DNA of 64,000 nucleotides from Candidatus Latescibacterota bacterium (GTDB taxonomy: Bacteria; Latescibacterota; UBA2968; GCA-2709665), in contig OZ252100.1 of assembly GCA_965248435.1 (NCBI GenBank), positions 1,440,001-1,504,000 of the forward strand. Reading direction: 5' to 3'. The notes beneath the pieces are model-generated. The model was not told where the DNA came from. It searched no databases and was given only the letters and a program-made list of their open reading frames with translations. Positions 37,406 to 47,787 of the stretch are shown one piece after another (the stretch's first letter is position 1; each line of letters begins with the position of its first letter). The position numbers and the translations under genes are program-made.

Positions 37406-37804
37406 CTACTCCCAAAAATCAGATCCGATCTCTATCAAATTTCCTTCCGGATCCGATATCATTGAAGATCGCATCTTCCACGGTTCGTCTCTGGGTGGGT
37501 ATATCGGGTTTGCGCCGCCTTCAACCATCTCTTTAAACGTGATGTCCACCTGCTCCGGAGCACCGACATTTATCGCCAATTCGAAGGTCCCATTGATGCC
37601 GTCCGGGAAGGACGGGTCCTGTCCGAGGAGCCCCGGCAGTTGCTTCCTTTCAAACATCGAAAGCCTGATCCCATCGTGCTTGAACTCGGCATACGGTCCC
37701 TTCCCATCCCAATCGGTGTCTACCCCAACGACGTTCTTGTAGAAATCCACCATCGTCGTAAGGTCTTTGACAAAGATGCCGAGCATATTGAATTTTCTGT
37801 TCAT
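37406..37804 (-). CDS. VOC/glyoxalase family protein
   Basis: VKDL...FY, DEPW, DPEGNLIEI. Confidence 0.9.
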   Translation of the reverse strand: MNRKFNMLGIFVKDLTTMVDFYKNVVGVDTDWDGKGPYAEFKHDGIRLSMFERKQLPGLLGQDPSFPDGINGTFELAINVGAPEQVDITFKEMVEGGANPIYPPRDEPWKMRSSMISDPEGNLIEIGSDFWE

Positions 37805-37832
37805 TGCTCTCTCCAATTTCCGCACTGTAGAT

Positions 37833-38306
37833 TTACGATGTCCGTTTTTTCACCAGTCGGACAAATATCATGAAGTGCGTAACCAGGAGTAGTGGCACTA
37901 CCATAGTCGGGATGTACCAGGCTGCTCCAAAGTTGGGCGCCACGTCGACATGGCGTAATGCATTGAGCAGATCTACCGTGCCGACGACGTTGAACACCCA
38001 GACCAAAATCAGGGCGCCGGCCCAATTTGTCCGCAACGCGATGAGCGCCAACAACGCAAGGACACCCGCCGCTAAATCTCCATAGGCCGCGGGAACTGCG
38101 AAATCGTCCGGCAGCGGCTGTGCCAGGACGCCAGGGACGAGGAATACCATGCCAACGTGGCGAAATGCGTGTGGGACGGCGAGCCAGAAGAGTGCTGTGC
38201 GTTGCGGCTGCTTATCCAACCAGGGAGTTAACGTCCACTTTGCCAGCAGGCCGATCACAAGCAGACTGAGTAGAAACTGCAGTCCGAAAATGGCTTGTAC
38301 GTCCAT
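37833..38306 (-). CDS. Hypothetical membrane protein
   Basis: Multiple hydrophobic helices; PHAFRHVG, AYGDL, FNVVGTVDL. Confidence 0.75.
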   Translation of the reverse strand: MDVQAIFGLQFLLSLLVIGLLAKWTLTPWLDKQPQRTALFWLAVPHAFRHVGMVFLVPGVLAQPLPDDFAVPAAYGDLAAGVLALLALIALRTNWAGALILVWVFNVVGTVDLLNALRHVDVAPNFGAAWYIPTMVVPLLLVTHFMIFVRLVKKRTS

Positions 38307-38338
38307 TGGATTACCTCCTTTTGATCCCTCGTTTCAGG

Positions 38339-39085
38339 TCAAGCATCTCGTCTCATCAGACTGTAGCTCTGTGCCGTGGGGCCCACGGCAGGCTGTGTTG
38401 CCAGAAACAAGGCCATGGGGACGACGTCATCGGGTGACTTGATCCATTCACTTTCGATTTCGAAAATGGACCCTCCCGCACCCTCGTTTCTCGTCATGCT
38501 CGTTTCTACAGGACCCGGGATGAGCTCGTTTACACTGATGTTGTGCTGCCAGAGCTCCTGCGCCAGCGTTCGTGTCAGCATCCAGAGGCCGGCCTTTGAG
38601 CAGCAGTATGCCGAGCTCTCGGCATATCCCTTGTGACCCATCCCGGAGCCGACGGTAATGATCTTGCCGCTGCCGCGTCTTTTCAGTGCTGGAATCGCCG
38701 CTTTTGCGCAATAGTATGCCCCGAACAGATTCGTGTGTAACGTGGCCTCCCACACGGCCGGGTCGCTTTCTTCCACGGATTTCCGGTCCAGGTTCGCCCC
38801 GGCGTTCAGAACGACAATGTCGATCCCCTCGAGTTCCGAATCCGCGAAATCGAACAGCTCCTCTACCGCTTCCCACTCCGCCACGTCTGTCTGAAATGAG
38901 ATCGCGGTCCCACCTTCCTCCCGGATCTCCGCCACAATTCCTTCGAGATCGGACTTGGTGCGGGCCGCACAGCAGACGGACGCGCCCGCTCGAGCAAAAC
39001 CTGCGGCGATAGATCGACCGATGCCTCGTCCCGCCCCGGTGATGACGGCCCCTTTTCCGGCAAGCGTGTTACTATCTGATACCAT
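38339..39085 (-). CDS. SDR oxidoreductase
   Basis: TGAGRGIG, NAG, YCCSK. Confidence 0.93.
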   Translation of the reverse strand: MVSDSNTLAGKGAVITGAGRGIGRSIAAGFARAGASVCCAARTKSDLEGIVAEIREEGGTAISFQTDVAEWEAVEELFDFADSELEGIDIVVLNAGANLDRKSVEESDPAVWEATLHTNLFGAYYCAKAAIPALKRRGSGKIITVGSGMGHKGYAESSAYCCSKAGLWMLTRTLAQELWQHNISVNELIPGPVETSMTRNEGAGGSIFEIESEWIKSPDDVVPMALFLATQPAVGPTAQSYSLMRRDA

Positions 39086-39125
39086 AACTTGCCTCCGTAA
39101 AGATCCTTACGTCGTCAACCAACTG

Positions 39126-39758
39126 CTACCTGGTCGCGGCCAGAAGAACCGCGTCCATTTCCATTCCCTCGACTGCTTCCACAGAGCGCCTGTCAACGCT
39201 GAATCCCACCGCACGCGCGGCGTTAGCGACCTGGTCCGAACGATATCTCATCGCGACAACATCTGCCTCTTCGCCATAGTCGACGGGTCCCTCGCCTTCC
39301 CAGGTCGACGCGAGAAGCTGCCCGCCGGCTTTCAGCACGCGGTACCACTCACTAAGACAGGCACCCATGCCTTCCAGATCGACGTGGTGGAGTGCGAAGT
39401 AACTCAGAACAGCTGCGCACGAACCATCCTGCACGTGGTCAAGCTTTCCCATATCGCCCTCGGTTATGTCGGCAGAATCACCTAACCGTTGCCGAGAAGT
39501 AGCTACCATTCTCCGTGAGAGATCGACACCGAGGAGTTGCCGTCCCGAAACGTATCTTTCTCTGAGCCGCTCCAGCATGTGTCCGGATCCACACGAGGAG
39601 TCCAGAACGGGGCCATCGAGATCTGCAATTCGTTCTGCCAGGCCACCGAGCGCCTCAGCATACATAGGGAGGTCGATTTCATCATCCATCATCGTGCTGT
39701 ACGAGTCGGCGATCTCCTCGTAGAACTTGGTGACCTCCTCGATGGATGAGATCTTCAT
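39126..39758 (-). CDS. Class I SAM-dependent methyltransferase
   Basis: VLDSSCGSG, GVDLS, RVLKAGG. Confidence 0.88.
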   Translation of the reverse strand: MKISSIEEVTKFYEEIADSYSTMMDDEIDLPMYAEALGGLAERIADLDGPVLDSSCGSGHMLERLRERYVSGRQLLGVDLSRRMVATSRQRLGDSADITEGDMGKLDHVQDGSCAAVLSYFALHHVDLEGMGACLSEWYRVLKAGGQLLASTWEGEGPVDYGEEADVVAMRYRSDQVANAARAVGFSVDRRSVEAVEGMEMDAVLLAATR

Positions 39759-39840
39759 CGTCTCCAACCCATCAGAGTACGAATGAGATCGAGAGGGCAA
39801 GCCCACCTCGACGGGTAAAGGATCCGAAACGCTTTGTCAT

Positions 39841-40812
39841 CTAATCAACACGGACAACCAGCTTTCCCCTGGCCTGATTCGATTCCATGTACTCGTGAGC
39901 TTCCACGACCTCGTCGAATCCAAACACCCGGTCGATGTTCACTTCCGCTTTTCCTTCCTCGAGTTCCGTCAAGAATCCCTGAAAGGCTTCTTGGTCCATA
40001 TCCTCAGCTCCTCCCGTGTAAACCGTGAGCCGCACCGTGTGTGGTATCTCGTCCATGGGTGCGAAGCGCTCGAACTGCCAACTGTTTCCGAGGATACCGG
40101 TCATACACACCACCCCTCTTTCCCTGCAAGCACGCATCGAGTCCTTCAGCGTCTTTGTTCCGACGAGTTCAAGGACGAAGTCGACCCCTTCCGGAAAACG
40201 GGTCCGAACCGCTTGCGCGATACTGCCGTCATCTATGAAGACCTCGTCTACGCCATTCTCCCGCAAGACTGGCTCTTTGTCCGGGTTTCGCGTCGTGGCG
40301 TAAACCTGCATGTCCTTTGACTTGGCGAGTCGTGTTGCCATCATCCCGATAGATGACGTCCCTCCCCGAATCAGTAATGTTCGCCCTGGAATGACGTCGA
40401 GGCCGTGTCGCAACGAACCCCACGTGGTCTGGAACATCTCCGGCAAGGCACCCAGGACGTGCCACTCCAGCCGGGTGTCCACAGGGAAGACCGACGAAGC
40501 CGGAACGCTGGTAATTTCTGCGTAGGATCCATCGAAATCACGCCCCATCCCCTCCATGAGAGCCACGACCTTCTGTCCAGTTTGCAGGTCAGTGCCGGGT
40601 GCTTCGACCACGAGCCCGGCACACTCGATTCCCAAAACTCTTGGAAATTTTACAGAGGGCGAGTGTCCCTGCCTTGTGAACATCTCCGACCGGTTCAGCC
40701 CGAATGCCTTTATTTCGATTACCACCCGCCCACGCTCTGCAATTGGCTCTGGGTGCTCCGTAAATTCCAGTACCTGGGGCGAACCCGCACTGCGGACCAC
40801 GTATGCCCTCAT
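39841..40812 (-). CDS. MDR (zinc-binding ADH / quinone oxidoreductase-like) protein
   Basis: AFGLNRSE, LGIECAG, IRGGTSSIG, AHEYMESNQARGKLV. Confidence 0.92.
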   Translation of the reverse strand: MRAYVVRSAGSPQVLEFTEHPEPIAERGRVVIEIKAFGLNRSEMFTRQGHSPSVKFPRVLGIECAGLVVEAPGTDLQTGQKVVALMEGMGRDFDGSYAEITSVPASSVFPVDTRLEWHVLGALPEMFQTTWGSLRHGLDVIPGRTLLIRGGTSSIGMMATRLAKSKDMQVYATTRNPDKEPVLRENGVDEVFIDDGSIAQAVRTRFPEGVDFVLELVGTKTLKDSMRACRERGVVCMTGILGNSWQFERFAPMDEIPHTVRLTVYTGGAEDMDQEAFQGFLTELEEGKAEVNIDRVFGFDEVVEAHEYMESNQARGKLVVRVD

Positions 40813-40961
40813 GAGTTCTCCTGGCCAAGCTACCTATTGATCAAGGCAACATCATTTGTTTTCTGCAGCATCCCTTATCGGGAAAGGGGCGTGTTTCAGA
40901 AAAAAGAAACGGAAGGATTCCTCCTCCCGCAAACCCAATCCCAGACCATTTTCTTGTTCCG

Positions 40962-41582
40962 CTAACGTTTCGCAGCGAGCTGTTGGAATGCCGAAGGTGG
41001 CGGGCCATCTTCGAGGCGACGTCTGATCAGCTGAGCACACTCTTCGGGGTTGAGCAATGAGGTGTCGACTTCCACGTCGTAGATCCCGGGATTGTGTACT
41101 TCACGTTGCCACAGCTGAACCGGATCCGGCACAGGGTCGTCCGCTGAGCCTTCCGCGCCCCACGTGTCTCGTCGCCGCTCCATGATGACGTCGATGGGGC
41201 AGCGAACGCCGACGAACAGGACCGGTAAGCCGTTAAGACGCCGGGCGCTCCCGGTGAGGATCCCCCGGGGGGTAACGTAGCCGTCGTGGTGTCCGACATC
41301 GACGACGACGTTCAGGCCCATCCGGCTGTGGGCAGCGATAGATTCGTACATGGCCGCGTAGTGCGCGACGATGAAAGACTCGAGGTCGGGGTAGTCGGCC
41401 CCAGGCCGCAGCCCGATTCCCGGCTGGTAGCGTTCGGGGGTCATCGCCTTGAACCGGTCCACCCCCAGGTTCATCCACGGGCCCTCGAAAGTCTCCTGAA
41501 TCGCCGAGGCAATGCTGGACTTGCCCGACCGTGGGACCCCGTTCAGGATGATGATCTGCCCTGCTTCATTCGCTGGCGCCAT
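40962..41582 (-). CDS. Chloramphenicol phosphotransferase-like P-loop kinase
   Basis: IILNGVPRSGKSS, GLNVVVD, LFVGVRCP, YDVEVDTS. Confidence 0.9.
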   Translation of the reverse strand: MAPANEAGQIIILNGVPRSGKSSIASAIQETFEGPWMNLGVDRFKAMTPERYQPGIGLRPGADYPDLESFIVAHYAAMYESIAAHSRMGLNVVVDVGHHDGYVTPRGILTGSARRLNGLPVLFVGVRCPIDVIMERRRDTWGAEGSADDPVPDPVQLWQREVHNPGIYDVEVDTSLLNPEECAQLIRRRLEDGPPPSAFQQLAAKR

Positions 41583-41607
41583 TCGAACGCCTCTTTTCCA
41601 GCGGGTG

Positions 41608-42420
41608 TCAGACCGACTCGATCAGGCGCATTCGGCCGATGAAAGCCCACGGAATTTCTGTGAATTGCGCCTGGCCCAGGTCTTTCTCCTCTCGCGGCTC
41701 GAACACAGGCTCTTCCAGGCCGTCCATCACAAGACCCGTGTCGAAAAAAGTCGTCAGCAAAGAAGACAACGGACGGTGGAAGTAGTGCTGCGGATCTCGA
41801 TTGCAAATCCCTCTACTTTCGCCCGACGCCGGGGTGATATATGATGTAACCTTGATGGAGCGAATCCGCCTGAATCCGCTCTCATCATAAACCAGCTCCG
41901 CCAAACGGGACGTTCCGACGCTGTTGTTGAAACAGGGATGCATGATCGAGAAGACGAATCGCCCGTCCTTCTTGAGTAATCTAGGCACACGACTCGCAAG
42001 GGGTCGAATCGTGGCGAGATCCATCAACGTCATATTGCAGACCACGGCGTCGAATGTGTGCTCACCAAGCTTCGCCAACTCCGCTTCGGATGTCGCATCA
42101 AGAACCGCGTATGTGATCCGATCCTGGCCGCGCGATCGCTCCTTTGCCTTCTGGATCATCACGGTGCTGACGTCGACAGCTGTCACAACGGCACCCAGAC
42201 CCGCAAGGTGCCGAGCGAAGACGCCGTTACCGCAGCCGACATCCAGGACGGTTTCACCCGGCTGCAGGTTGAGCATTCGCTCGGCGGAAGGCCTGACGAG
42301 CTCCTGATGGAAATCATTCCCCTCGTTTCCCATTCTTTCGTCCCAGATGTCGGCCTGCTTTTCCCACTCGTCGTTCGAAGTCTGGGACAATTCCGGCCAT
42401 TCGTCAGGTTTCTGAGTCAT
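41608..42420 (-). CDS. Class I SAM-dependent methyltransferase
   Basis: VLDVGCGNG, FVFSIMHPCF, FHRPLS. Confidence 0.9.
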   Translation of the reverse strand: MTQKPDEWPELSQTSNDEWEKQADIWDERMGNEGNDFHQELVRPSAERMLNLQPGETVLDVGCGNGVFARHLAGLGAVVTAVDVSTVMIQKAKERSRGQDRITYAVLDATSEAELAKLGEHTFDAVVCNMTLMDLATIRPLASRVPRLLKKDGRFVFSIMHPCFNNSVGTSRLAELVYDESGFRRIRSIKVTSYITPASGESRGICNRDPQHYFHRPLSSLLTTFFDTGLVMDGLEEPVFEPREEKDLGQAQFTEIPWAFIGRMRLIESV

Positions 42421-42454
42421 CTGCTCTCCTGATCGATTAAATGAGCAAGGAATC

Positions 42455-43201
42455 TCAAAGGGATGCGCCGACAAACTGGGATGCGAACTCCAGAAAGTGC
42501 TCTATTTCAGTATTCAACAGATTGTTGTCCTTCGAGGTCGTCGTGCCATCGTATGATCTCGTCGCGGCCTCGATCAGCGGCTTCCACTGAGGAAATCGAG
42601 CGCATGCCCAACACCCCGCAAAGCGCTTCGATACCACCACATCTCGTTCTTCAAAGGTATAGATGATCCTGCAGAGATTGAGAACGCAGTAGTCAGGGTA
42701 GCGGAGATTCTTCTTGATGAAGTCCAACTCAGAGTCGAGGGCGAGGGAGATTTCATTCCACGACGCGTCAGGAAAAATGTCAGTGGGCTCTGGGCCATAA
42801 AGAGAGATATAGCAGCCTGCCCTTATGTGAGAACAATGCAGCGCCCACGATTCGTCTCGTATTTCAGGTCGAAGTTGATGGTTGGGCGGGGTTGTCTTTC
42901 GGGCATCCTCATACAGAATAAAATAGGCGTCCAATTCGGCACCCAAAGGAGGAAAACGGTCCGACAAATTCTTGAAAAGCTGAGATATGTCACCCCTCAC
43001 CTGATCACGCAGTGATTCCCTCAAGATGACATGGCAGTCGATATCCTGGATCTTTCCGGAATCCGGAAACACGGATGCTCCATACATATAGATCCCGTAC
43101 AGGTTCTGGTGGACAATCTCCTTGAGTCCGTCTACGAATGCCTCACAAAGCTCCGTGACCGGCAGGGGAAGTTCGCGATACGCCTTGATTCTCCGCATCA
43201 C
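42455..43201 (-). CDS. AadA/ANT-like nucleotidyltransferase (DUF4111 C-terminus)
   Basis: IYMYGAS...DID, LYGPEP, YCVLNLCR, VVSK. Confidence 0.78.
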   Translation of the reverse strand: MMRRIKAYRELPLPVTELCEAFVDGLKEIVHQNLYGIYMYGASVFPDSGKIQDIDCHVILRESLRDQVRGDISQLFKNLSDRFPPLGAELDAYFILYEDARKTTPPNHQLRPEIRDESWALHCSHIRAGCYISLYGPEPTDIFPDASWNEISLALDSELDFIKKNLRYPDYCVLNLCRIIYTFEERDVVVSKRFAGCWACARFPQWKPLIEAATRSYDGTTTSKDNNLLNTEIEHFLEFASQFVGASL

Positions 43202-43587
43202 GCATCTGCCGTGCGGCTGCCGAAATAGAGCCGATGACCATCCAGATCCTGAAGTCCGAAGTCACGCATCCCGTAGGGCCGATCCTCCGGGGCGTTGACG
43301 TCGGTGTGCCCCATCCCCTTCATCTCTTCGAAGACCGCGTCGGCATCCTCAACCTTGATGTAGATGCAGTCACCTTCGTGTCCTTCCTCGGTGTCCCGCT
43401 CGAAAAAGTGTATCTCGACGCCGCCGCGGTTCACGATGGCGTAAGGGCCGATGTCCTTCCATATGTTTCGAACGGTGAACCCCAGGCTGTCCCGGTAGAA
43501 ACCTGCCGCTCGCTCGACGTCCTTCACACCGAACATCGTCGCGGCATTGCGGAATGCTTCATCGGGCACAGATTTGCGTGTATCCAA
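43198..43587 (-). CDS. VOC / bleomycin-resistance-like protein
   Basis: FYRDSLGF, DRPYGMRDF, DLDGHRLYF. Confidence 0.88.
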   Translation of the reverse strand: MDTRKSVPDEAFRNAATMFGVKDVERAAGFYRDSLGFTVRNIWKDIGPYAIVNRGGVEIHFFERDTEEGHEGDCIYIKVEDADAVFEEMKGMGHTDVNAPEDRPYGMRDFGLQDLDGHRLYFGSRTADA

Positions 43588-43670
43588 TTCTTCCTCCTAA
43601 AGCAACAATCCGGGCAGGCATTGCGTCAACTTCATCCCGATCTATTACGGTGTCAATCTTGAATTCATAT

Positions 43671-44081
43671 TCAGTGGGGCAATCTTGGATGGAAGTATGC
43701 GTAGAGGTACGCTCCAGCGAATGCGCCAACAAAGGAGATCACAGCCAAATACTCGCCACTTCCCATCTGGGCGTAAATAGGTCCGGGGCACGCCCCGGTA
43801 ATAGCCCAACCCATCCCGAAAAGGCCGCCGCCGATAAGGGTGCCTTTCTGAAATCGCTTCCCTTCGATCTCGATCTGTTCCCCGCGCACCGTCTTCAGGC
43901 CGAGCTTCTTGATCAAGAAGACGGAGATCGCACCTACGACAACGGCAGAGCCAATAATCAGGTACATATGAGCTTCTTCAAAGCGAAACATCTTCTGTAT
44001 CCTGAACCAGGAAGCTACCTCAGATTTAACCAGCACCAATCCAAAATATGCGCCTATAAAAATCGAACTTAGAATTTTCAT
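43671..44081 (-). CDS. YeeE/YedE family (sulfur/thiosulfate transporter) protein
   Basis: GGGLFGMGWAITGACPGP. Confidence 0.9.
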   Translation of the reverse strand: MKILSSIFIGAYFGLVLVKSEVASWFRIQKMFRFEEAHMYLIIGSAVVVGAISVFLIKKLGLKTVRGEQIEIEGKRFQKGTLIGGGLFGMGWAITGACPGPIYAQMGSGEYLAVISFVGAFAGAYLYAYFHPRLPH

Positions 44082-44095
44082 TCATATCCTCGCCA

Positions 44096-44575
44096 CTATG
44101 AAAAAAACCGAAAGACCGCCACCATAAATAATCCCCCCACAAAAAAGCTGATGGTCGCAACTAAGCTGGGCCATTTGAGGGCGGACAACCCCATGATTGC
44201 GTGACCCGATGTGCATCCACCGGCATATCGCGTACCGAATCCAACGAACAATCCGCCCACAAAAAGGGCCATCATCCCGCCCCAATGATGATAGTGGCTG
44301 GGCAGCAAGGGGATCGGCGCATTCGATAGAACGTGCATGCCAATAGCACTGCCAATGAGTATGCCCAGAACGAAATACAAATTCCAGGATTCTGTTCGCC
44401 AATCGTTTTCCCGCAAATAGTCTATTTGGGTGTTAGGTGAACAGATTGAGCCCAGATGTCGAAAACTGCTCGATATGCCGAAAGGTTTCCCAACAGAGAT
44501 CAACAACAAGGGCACGGTCAGTCCGATTAAAGGCCCGGAAACATACCAGGGCCAGGTTTCGAATAACCAATCCAC
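44096..44575 (-). CDS. YeeE/YedE family protein
   Basis: WPWYVSGPLIG, GFGTRYAGGCTSGH. Confidence 0.9.
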   Translation of the reverse strand: MDWLFETWPWYVSGPLIGLTVPLLLISVGKPFGISSSFRHLGSICSPNTQIDYLRENDWRTESWNLYFVLGILIGSAIGMHVLSNAPIPLLPSHYHHWGGMMALFVGGLFVGFGTRYAGGCTSGHAIMGLSALKWPSLVATISFFVGGLFMVAVFRFFS

Positions 44576-44613
44576 GTCACTCTCCTCTCGCGAACGGTTC
44601 TTATTTCGATGGC

Positions 44614-45444
44614 TTATAAGGTTCTCGAACTTCCCCGAACCTGCGAAGCACCTCCGGCCTCAAGATCTTTTTTTACTACCAGGGTGAACGTTCCCGGCAA
44701 AGTCAAACATTCCCCGTGCGGTATTTCGACCAACGTCTCTACGATCAAGCCACTGGCGCTCACGGCGGACACGATCTCTCCCAACTGCCAGTACCGCACA
44801 CGACACAGAGGAAACGAATCGACTTCATCACTAGAAAAAGCGACGTGAGTCGGTGCGGGCTTTTCTAATATCTCCTCAGAAAAGTAGTCGCCCTCCAGAA
44901 CCAATCGATCTCCATCCTGAGCAGGCGCAAATTTCCTGTTCATTGGATGAAATTCGTGCAGAACCAGCTTTCCCCCCGGCTTCAGGATCAAATGAATCAG
45001 CCTGGCGAGCGGATCCAGATCCACAAAGTAATGGAGGATCCCGAGCTCCATTAAGACGAAATCGAAGGTGGAACCAAAAGGTTCCGTGGACCATTCCATC
45101 AGGTCTGAGACGATGTAATTGATGGACACTCCAGCGGCTCGAGCTACCTCCTGAGCATAACGCTGATTTTCTTCAGAAATATCGACGACGGTCACCTCGG
45201 CTCCAAGAAGGGCCATGGCTACAGCTCGACGCCCGTGCGACCCCAGAAGGTTTGCGACGGCCTTGCCTTTCAGGTCACCCAGATAGTTTGCGTACTGTCG
45301 GAGGATGTAGTCGGGATTCTGACGGATTTTTGCTGCCGCCTCCGCTGGAGGGCCGTAGCCCCTGAGCCACGCTTCGTAGGCTCTATGCGACCAGGCTGCT
45401 TTGTTGGCTCTGCTGTGTTCTCTTTGTGACACTGTCGCCATCAC
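44614..45444 (-). CDS. Class I SAM-dependent methyltransferase
   Basis: NLLGSHG, VDIS, LKPGGKLVLHEFHP. Confidence 0.85.
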   Translation of the reverse strand: MMATVSQREHSRANKAAWSHRAYEAWLRGYGPPAEAAAKIRQNPDYILRQYANYLGDLKGKAVANLLGSHGRRAVAMALLGAEVTVVDISEENQRYAQEVARAAGVSINYIVSDLMEWSTEPFGSTFDFVLMELGILHYFVDLDPLARLIHLILKPGGKLVLHEFHPMNRKFAPAQDGDRLVLEGDYFSEEILEKPAPTHVAFSSDEVDSFPLCRVRYWQLGEIVSAVSASGLIVETLVEIPHGECLTLPGTFTLVVKKDLEAGGASQVRGSSRTL

Positions 45445-45445
45445 T

Positions 45446-47755
45446 TCACTCTACGAGGCGGAACAGCTCATCCTGCCTGGTCGTTTGTCGTGTCTGAACG
45501 TCTTCTACCGTAACCGTTAGTTTGTAGACCCCTGCAGGCATTTCTGTTACATCAATATTCAAATAGATGAAATCGTCCTCCTGATCCCCCTCATAACGGG
45601 CCGTGACCGCCGTCTCCCTCCCTGCGCCTCCTCGTCGCCTCTCGTATTTTTCCGAGACCCGATTTTTTTCAGGGAGCACGTATCTTACTCGATAGTCGAC
45701 AACACGTTCTTGATCGAATTGCCCCTCCCTTTCTGTCACTTCTTCTACTTCTACTCTGGCCCCCGCCTCGGGCAAATCCACGGCTTCGAAAAGAGCGGGA
45801 TCGATCTCCTTCTTCCCAGGCGCCCCGATGCTGTAGGTCACATCGTATCGAGTCCGGCCGAATTCGTCTCGGGTCAGGTTGTAGACTTCCAGGTAGACGA
45901 ACACGAGATCATTACGAGGGTAGGTCCGAAGCGGATTCGGTACGATCCTCAGGTCCGCGCGATTCTCGGGAAACGCCACACGGGTTTCGATGTCGCTGGA
46001 CAGCAGCAGATCGCTCATCGCCAACGCCGTATTGTCGAATGAGAAGGCGTAGGTCTCACGAAACGTCCCGATTGAGCCCCCGGCCCGGTCGAGGACCTCT
46101 GCTGCCAGCGTGTAGGACCCCTGGCCCGCGTGCAGTTCCTGCTGAATAAGCAGGTAGCTGTTCTTGAGGCTGTCAGAGCCCGCACGCGCGTGGGCCGGCA
46201 AGCTGCCTACCCTCTTATAGACCTCTCCCCAGTTCTCGTCGAACATAAAGATCCCGTTGTCTGCCTGAGCCTCATCTGCCCCCAGGCGAGCCTTCACTCT
46301 CGATCTGGGGACTGCATAGGCAAGCTCTATGCGGACACTGTCCGCATCCCGGAAGCCCACCGTGAGATGAGGCAGTGTATATTTGTTCTCCACATACGGA
46401 TCCACATATCTTGGCGATTTCTTCTCGAAGGTCTCTCTGGGATGCCCGGGCCACTTGCCGCGGCGGGACGCCTCCAGAGCCTCTTCCAGGAGATAACCCT
46501 CCCACCGCCACGCATCCAGACCGTTCCAGTTACGAAAGCGAAGCTCAAAATCTTCGTATACCCAGGTTTCCAGGTGGTGCTCTACCCTGGATATTTGCAG
46601 CTCCTCCTGCACGCCCGTCGTTCCCGGCTGAGCTTCGGTTTCCAGAGTATCTTCCTCGCCTTCACTCACCTCCTGTTCGAGCTGGATATCTGGCCTCTGC
46701 GCCCATATGTGGAGGGGCAGCCCAAACTTGATGTGGGTCTTGCCCATGTCGGTCTGCCAGCCGGAGATACCCTTCTCGGGTCGGGTGAAACGGAGATTGG
46801 CATAGGCAACGCGCCCGTAGTGTGCCATCCGCCGCTCGTTGTAGTCGGTAAGCAGGAGGGGGTCCTGCTTGCTCCAGAATCGCTCTCGCGCAGGACTATC
46901 GGTCCACTGAGCCTGTGAAGCAGGTTCCTGTGCCTGTAGAGCGGCCTGTTCTATACCGACCTTCTCGTCCTTATCCGCGAGGTAATCGACCGACTCCATC
47001 ACGGCGCGCTCCTCTGGCCGCATCCGTTTCAGTGCAGCCGAGTAGAGCAAGTAGGCGTTTTCCTCCTCGCCCAATCTCTGATAGGCCAGCCCCATGAAGA
47101 GGAACGCGTCCTTGTCTCTCGAAAACTGCTTGAGCAGCTGTTTAGACACACGGACCAACCCGTTCGGATCCCCGCTCTCGAGGTATAGTAAACCGAGCTG
47201 GTAATAGGCGTTTCTGAACGTGGGATCTGCCTGGATGGATTGGGTCAGATAATTTTCGCCTTTCTTCCGCTCCTCCTCGGGGAAGATCTCCTTGCCCAAC
47301 ATTTCCATGTGCTGGTACTTCAGAAACCGCTTCAGAGCGAGGTAGCCGAGGTAGTAGGCAGCCGCGGCGTTGTTCGGGTTCGCCTTCAAAACTTCGCGGT
47401 ACTTCCGCTCCGCATCGCGCCGGAAGCCCTGTGACCACAGGATTTCCCCGTACGCACGTTGATACTGTTCATTGTCGGGGTCGAGGCGAATGGCGTTTCG
47501 GATGGACCCTTCCGCGCGCTTGCGGTCTGAGGGTGTGTCGAGCGATAAGTAGAGTTTTGCGAGTTCGTGGTGTGCGGGGGCGTAGTTCGGGTCTGCCTTG
47601 AGGACACGTTGAAACGCGTCAGCACTTCCTTCATGAAGGGCCAGCAGGAACAGGGAGTCCGCTTTGCTGAATACGGTGCTTGCGTGAATCTCTGCTCCAA
47701 GAGTACAGGACAGCGCGAGTGCGAAAAGAAGCGTCCTTTTCAGTCTGGATTCCAT
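45446..47755 (-). CDS. Secreted TPR + GWxTD domain protein
   Basis: Signal peptide, TPRs, RFWSKQDP...NE...RVAYANLRF...GWQTDMGKTHIKFGLP. Confidence 0.9.
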   Translation of the reverse strand: MESRLKRTLLFALALSCTLGAEIHASTVFSKADSLFLLALHEGSADAFQRVLKADPNYAPAHHELAKLYLSLDTPSDRKRAEGSIRNAIRLDPDNEQYQRAYGEILWSQGFRRDAERKYREVLKANPNNAAAAYYLGYLALKRFLKYQHMEMLGKEIFPEEERKKGENYLTQSIQADPTFRNAYYQLGLLYLESGDPNGLVRVSKQLLKQFSRDKDAFLFMGLAYQRLGEEENAYLLYSAALKRMRPEERAVMESVDYLADKDEKVGIEQAALQAQEPASQAQWTDSPARERFWSKQDPLLLTDYNERRMAHYGRVAYANLRFTRPEKGISGWQTDMGKTHIKFGLPLHIWAQRPDIQLEQEVSEGEEDTLETEAQPGTTGVQEELQISRVEHHLETWVYEDFELRFRNWNGLDAWRWEGYLLEEALEASRRGKWPGHPRETFEKKSPRYVDPYVENKYTLPHLTVGFRDADSVRIELAYAVPRSRVKARLGADEAQADNGIFMFDENWGEVYKRVGSLPAHARAGSDSLKNSYLLIQQELHAGQGSYTLAAEVLDRAGGSIGTFRETYAFSFDNTALAMSDLLLSSDIETRVAFPENRADLRIVPNPLRTYPRNDLVFVYLEVYNLTRDEFGRTRYDVTYSIGAPGKKEIDPALFEAVDLPEAGARVEVEEVTEREGQFDQERVVDYRVRYVLPEKNRVSEKYERRRGGAGRETAVTARYEGDQEDDFIYLNIDVTEMPAGVYKLTVTVEDVQTRQTTRQDELFRLVE

Positions 47756-47787
47756 TCGATTTTCCGTTACTCGGCTTTGCGGCGATC

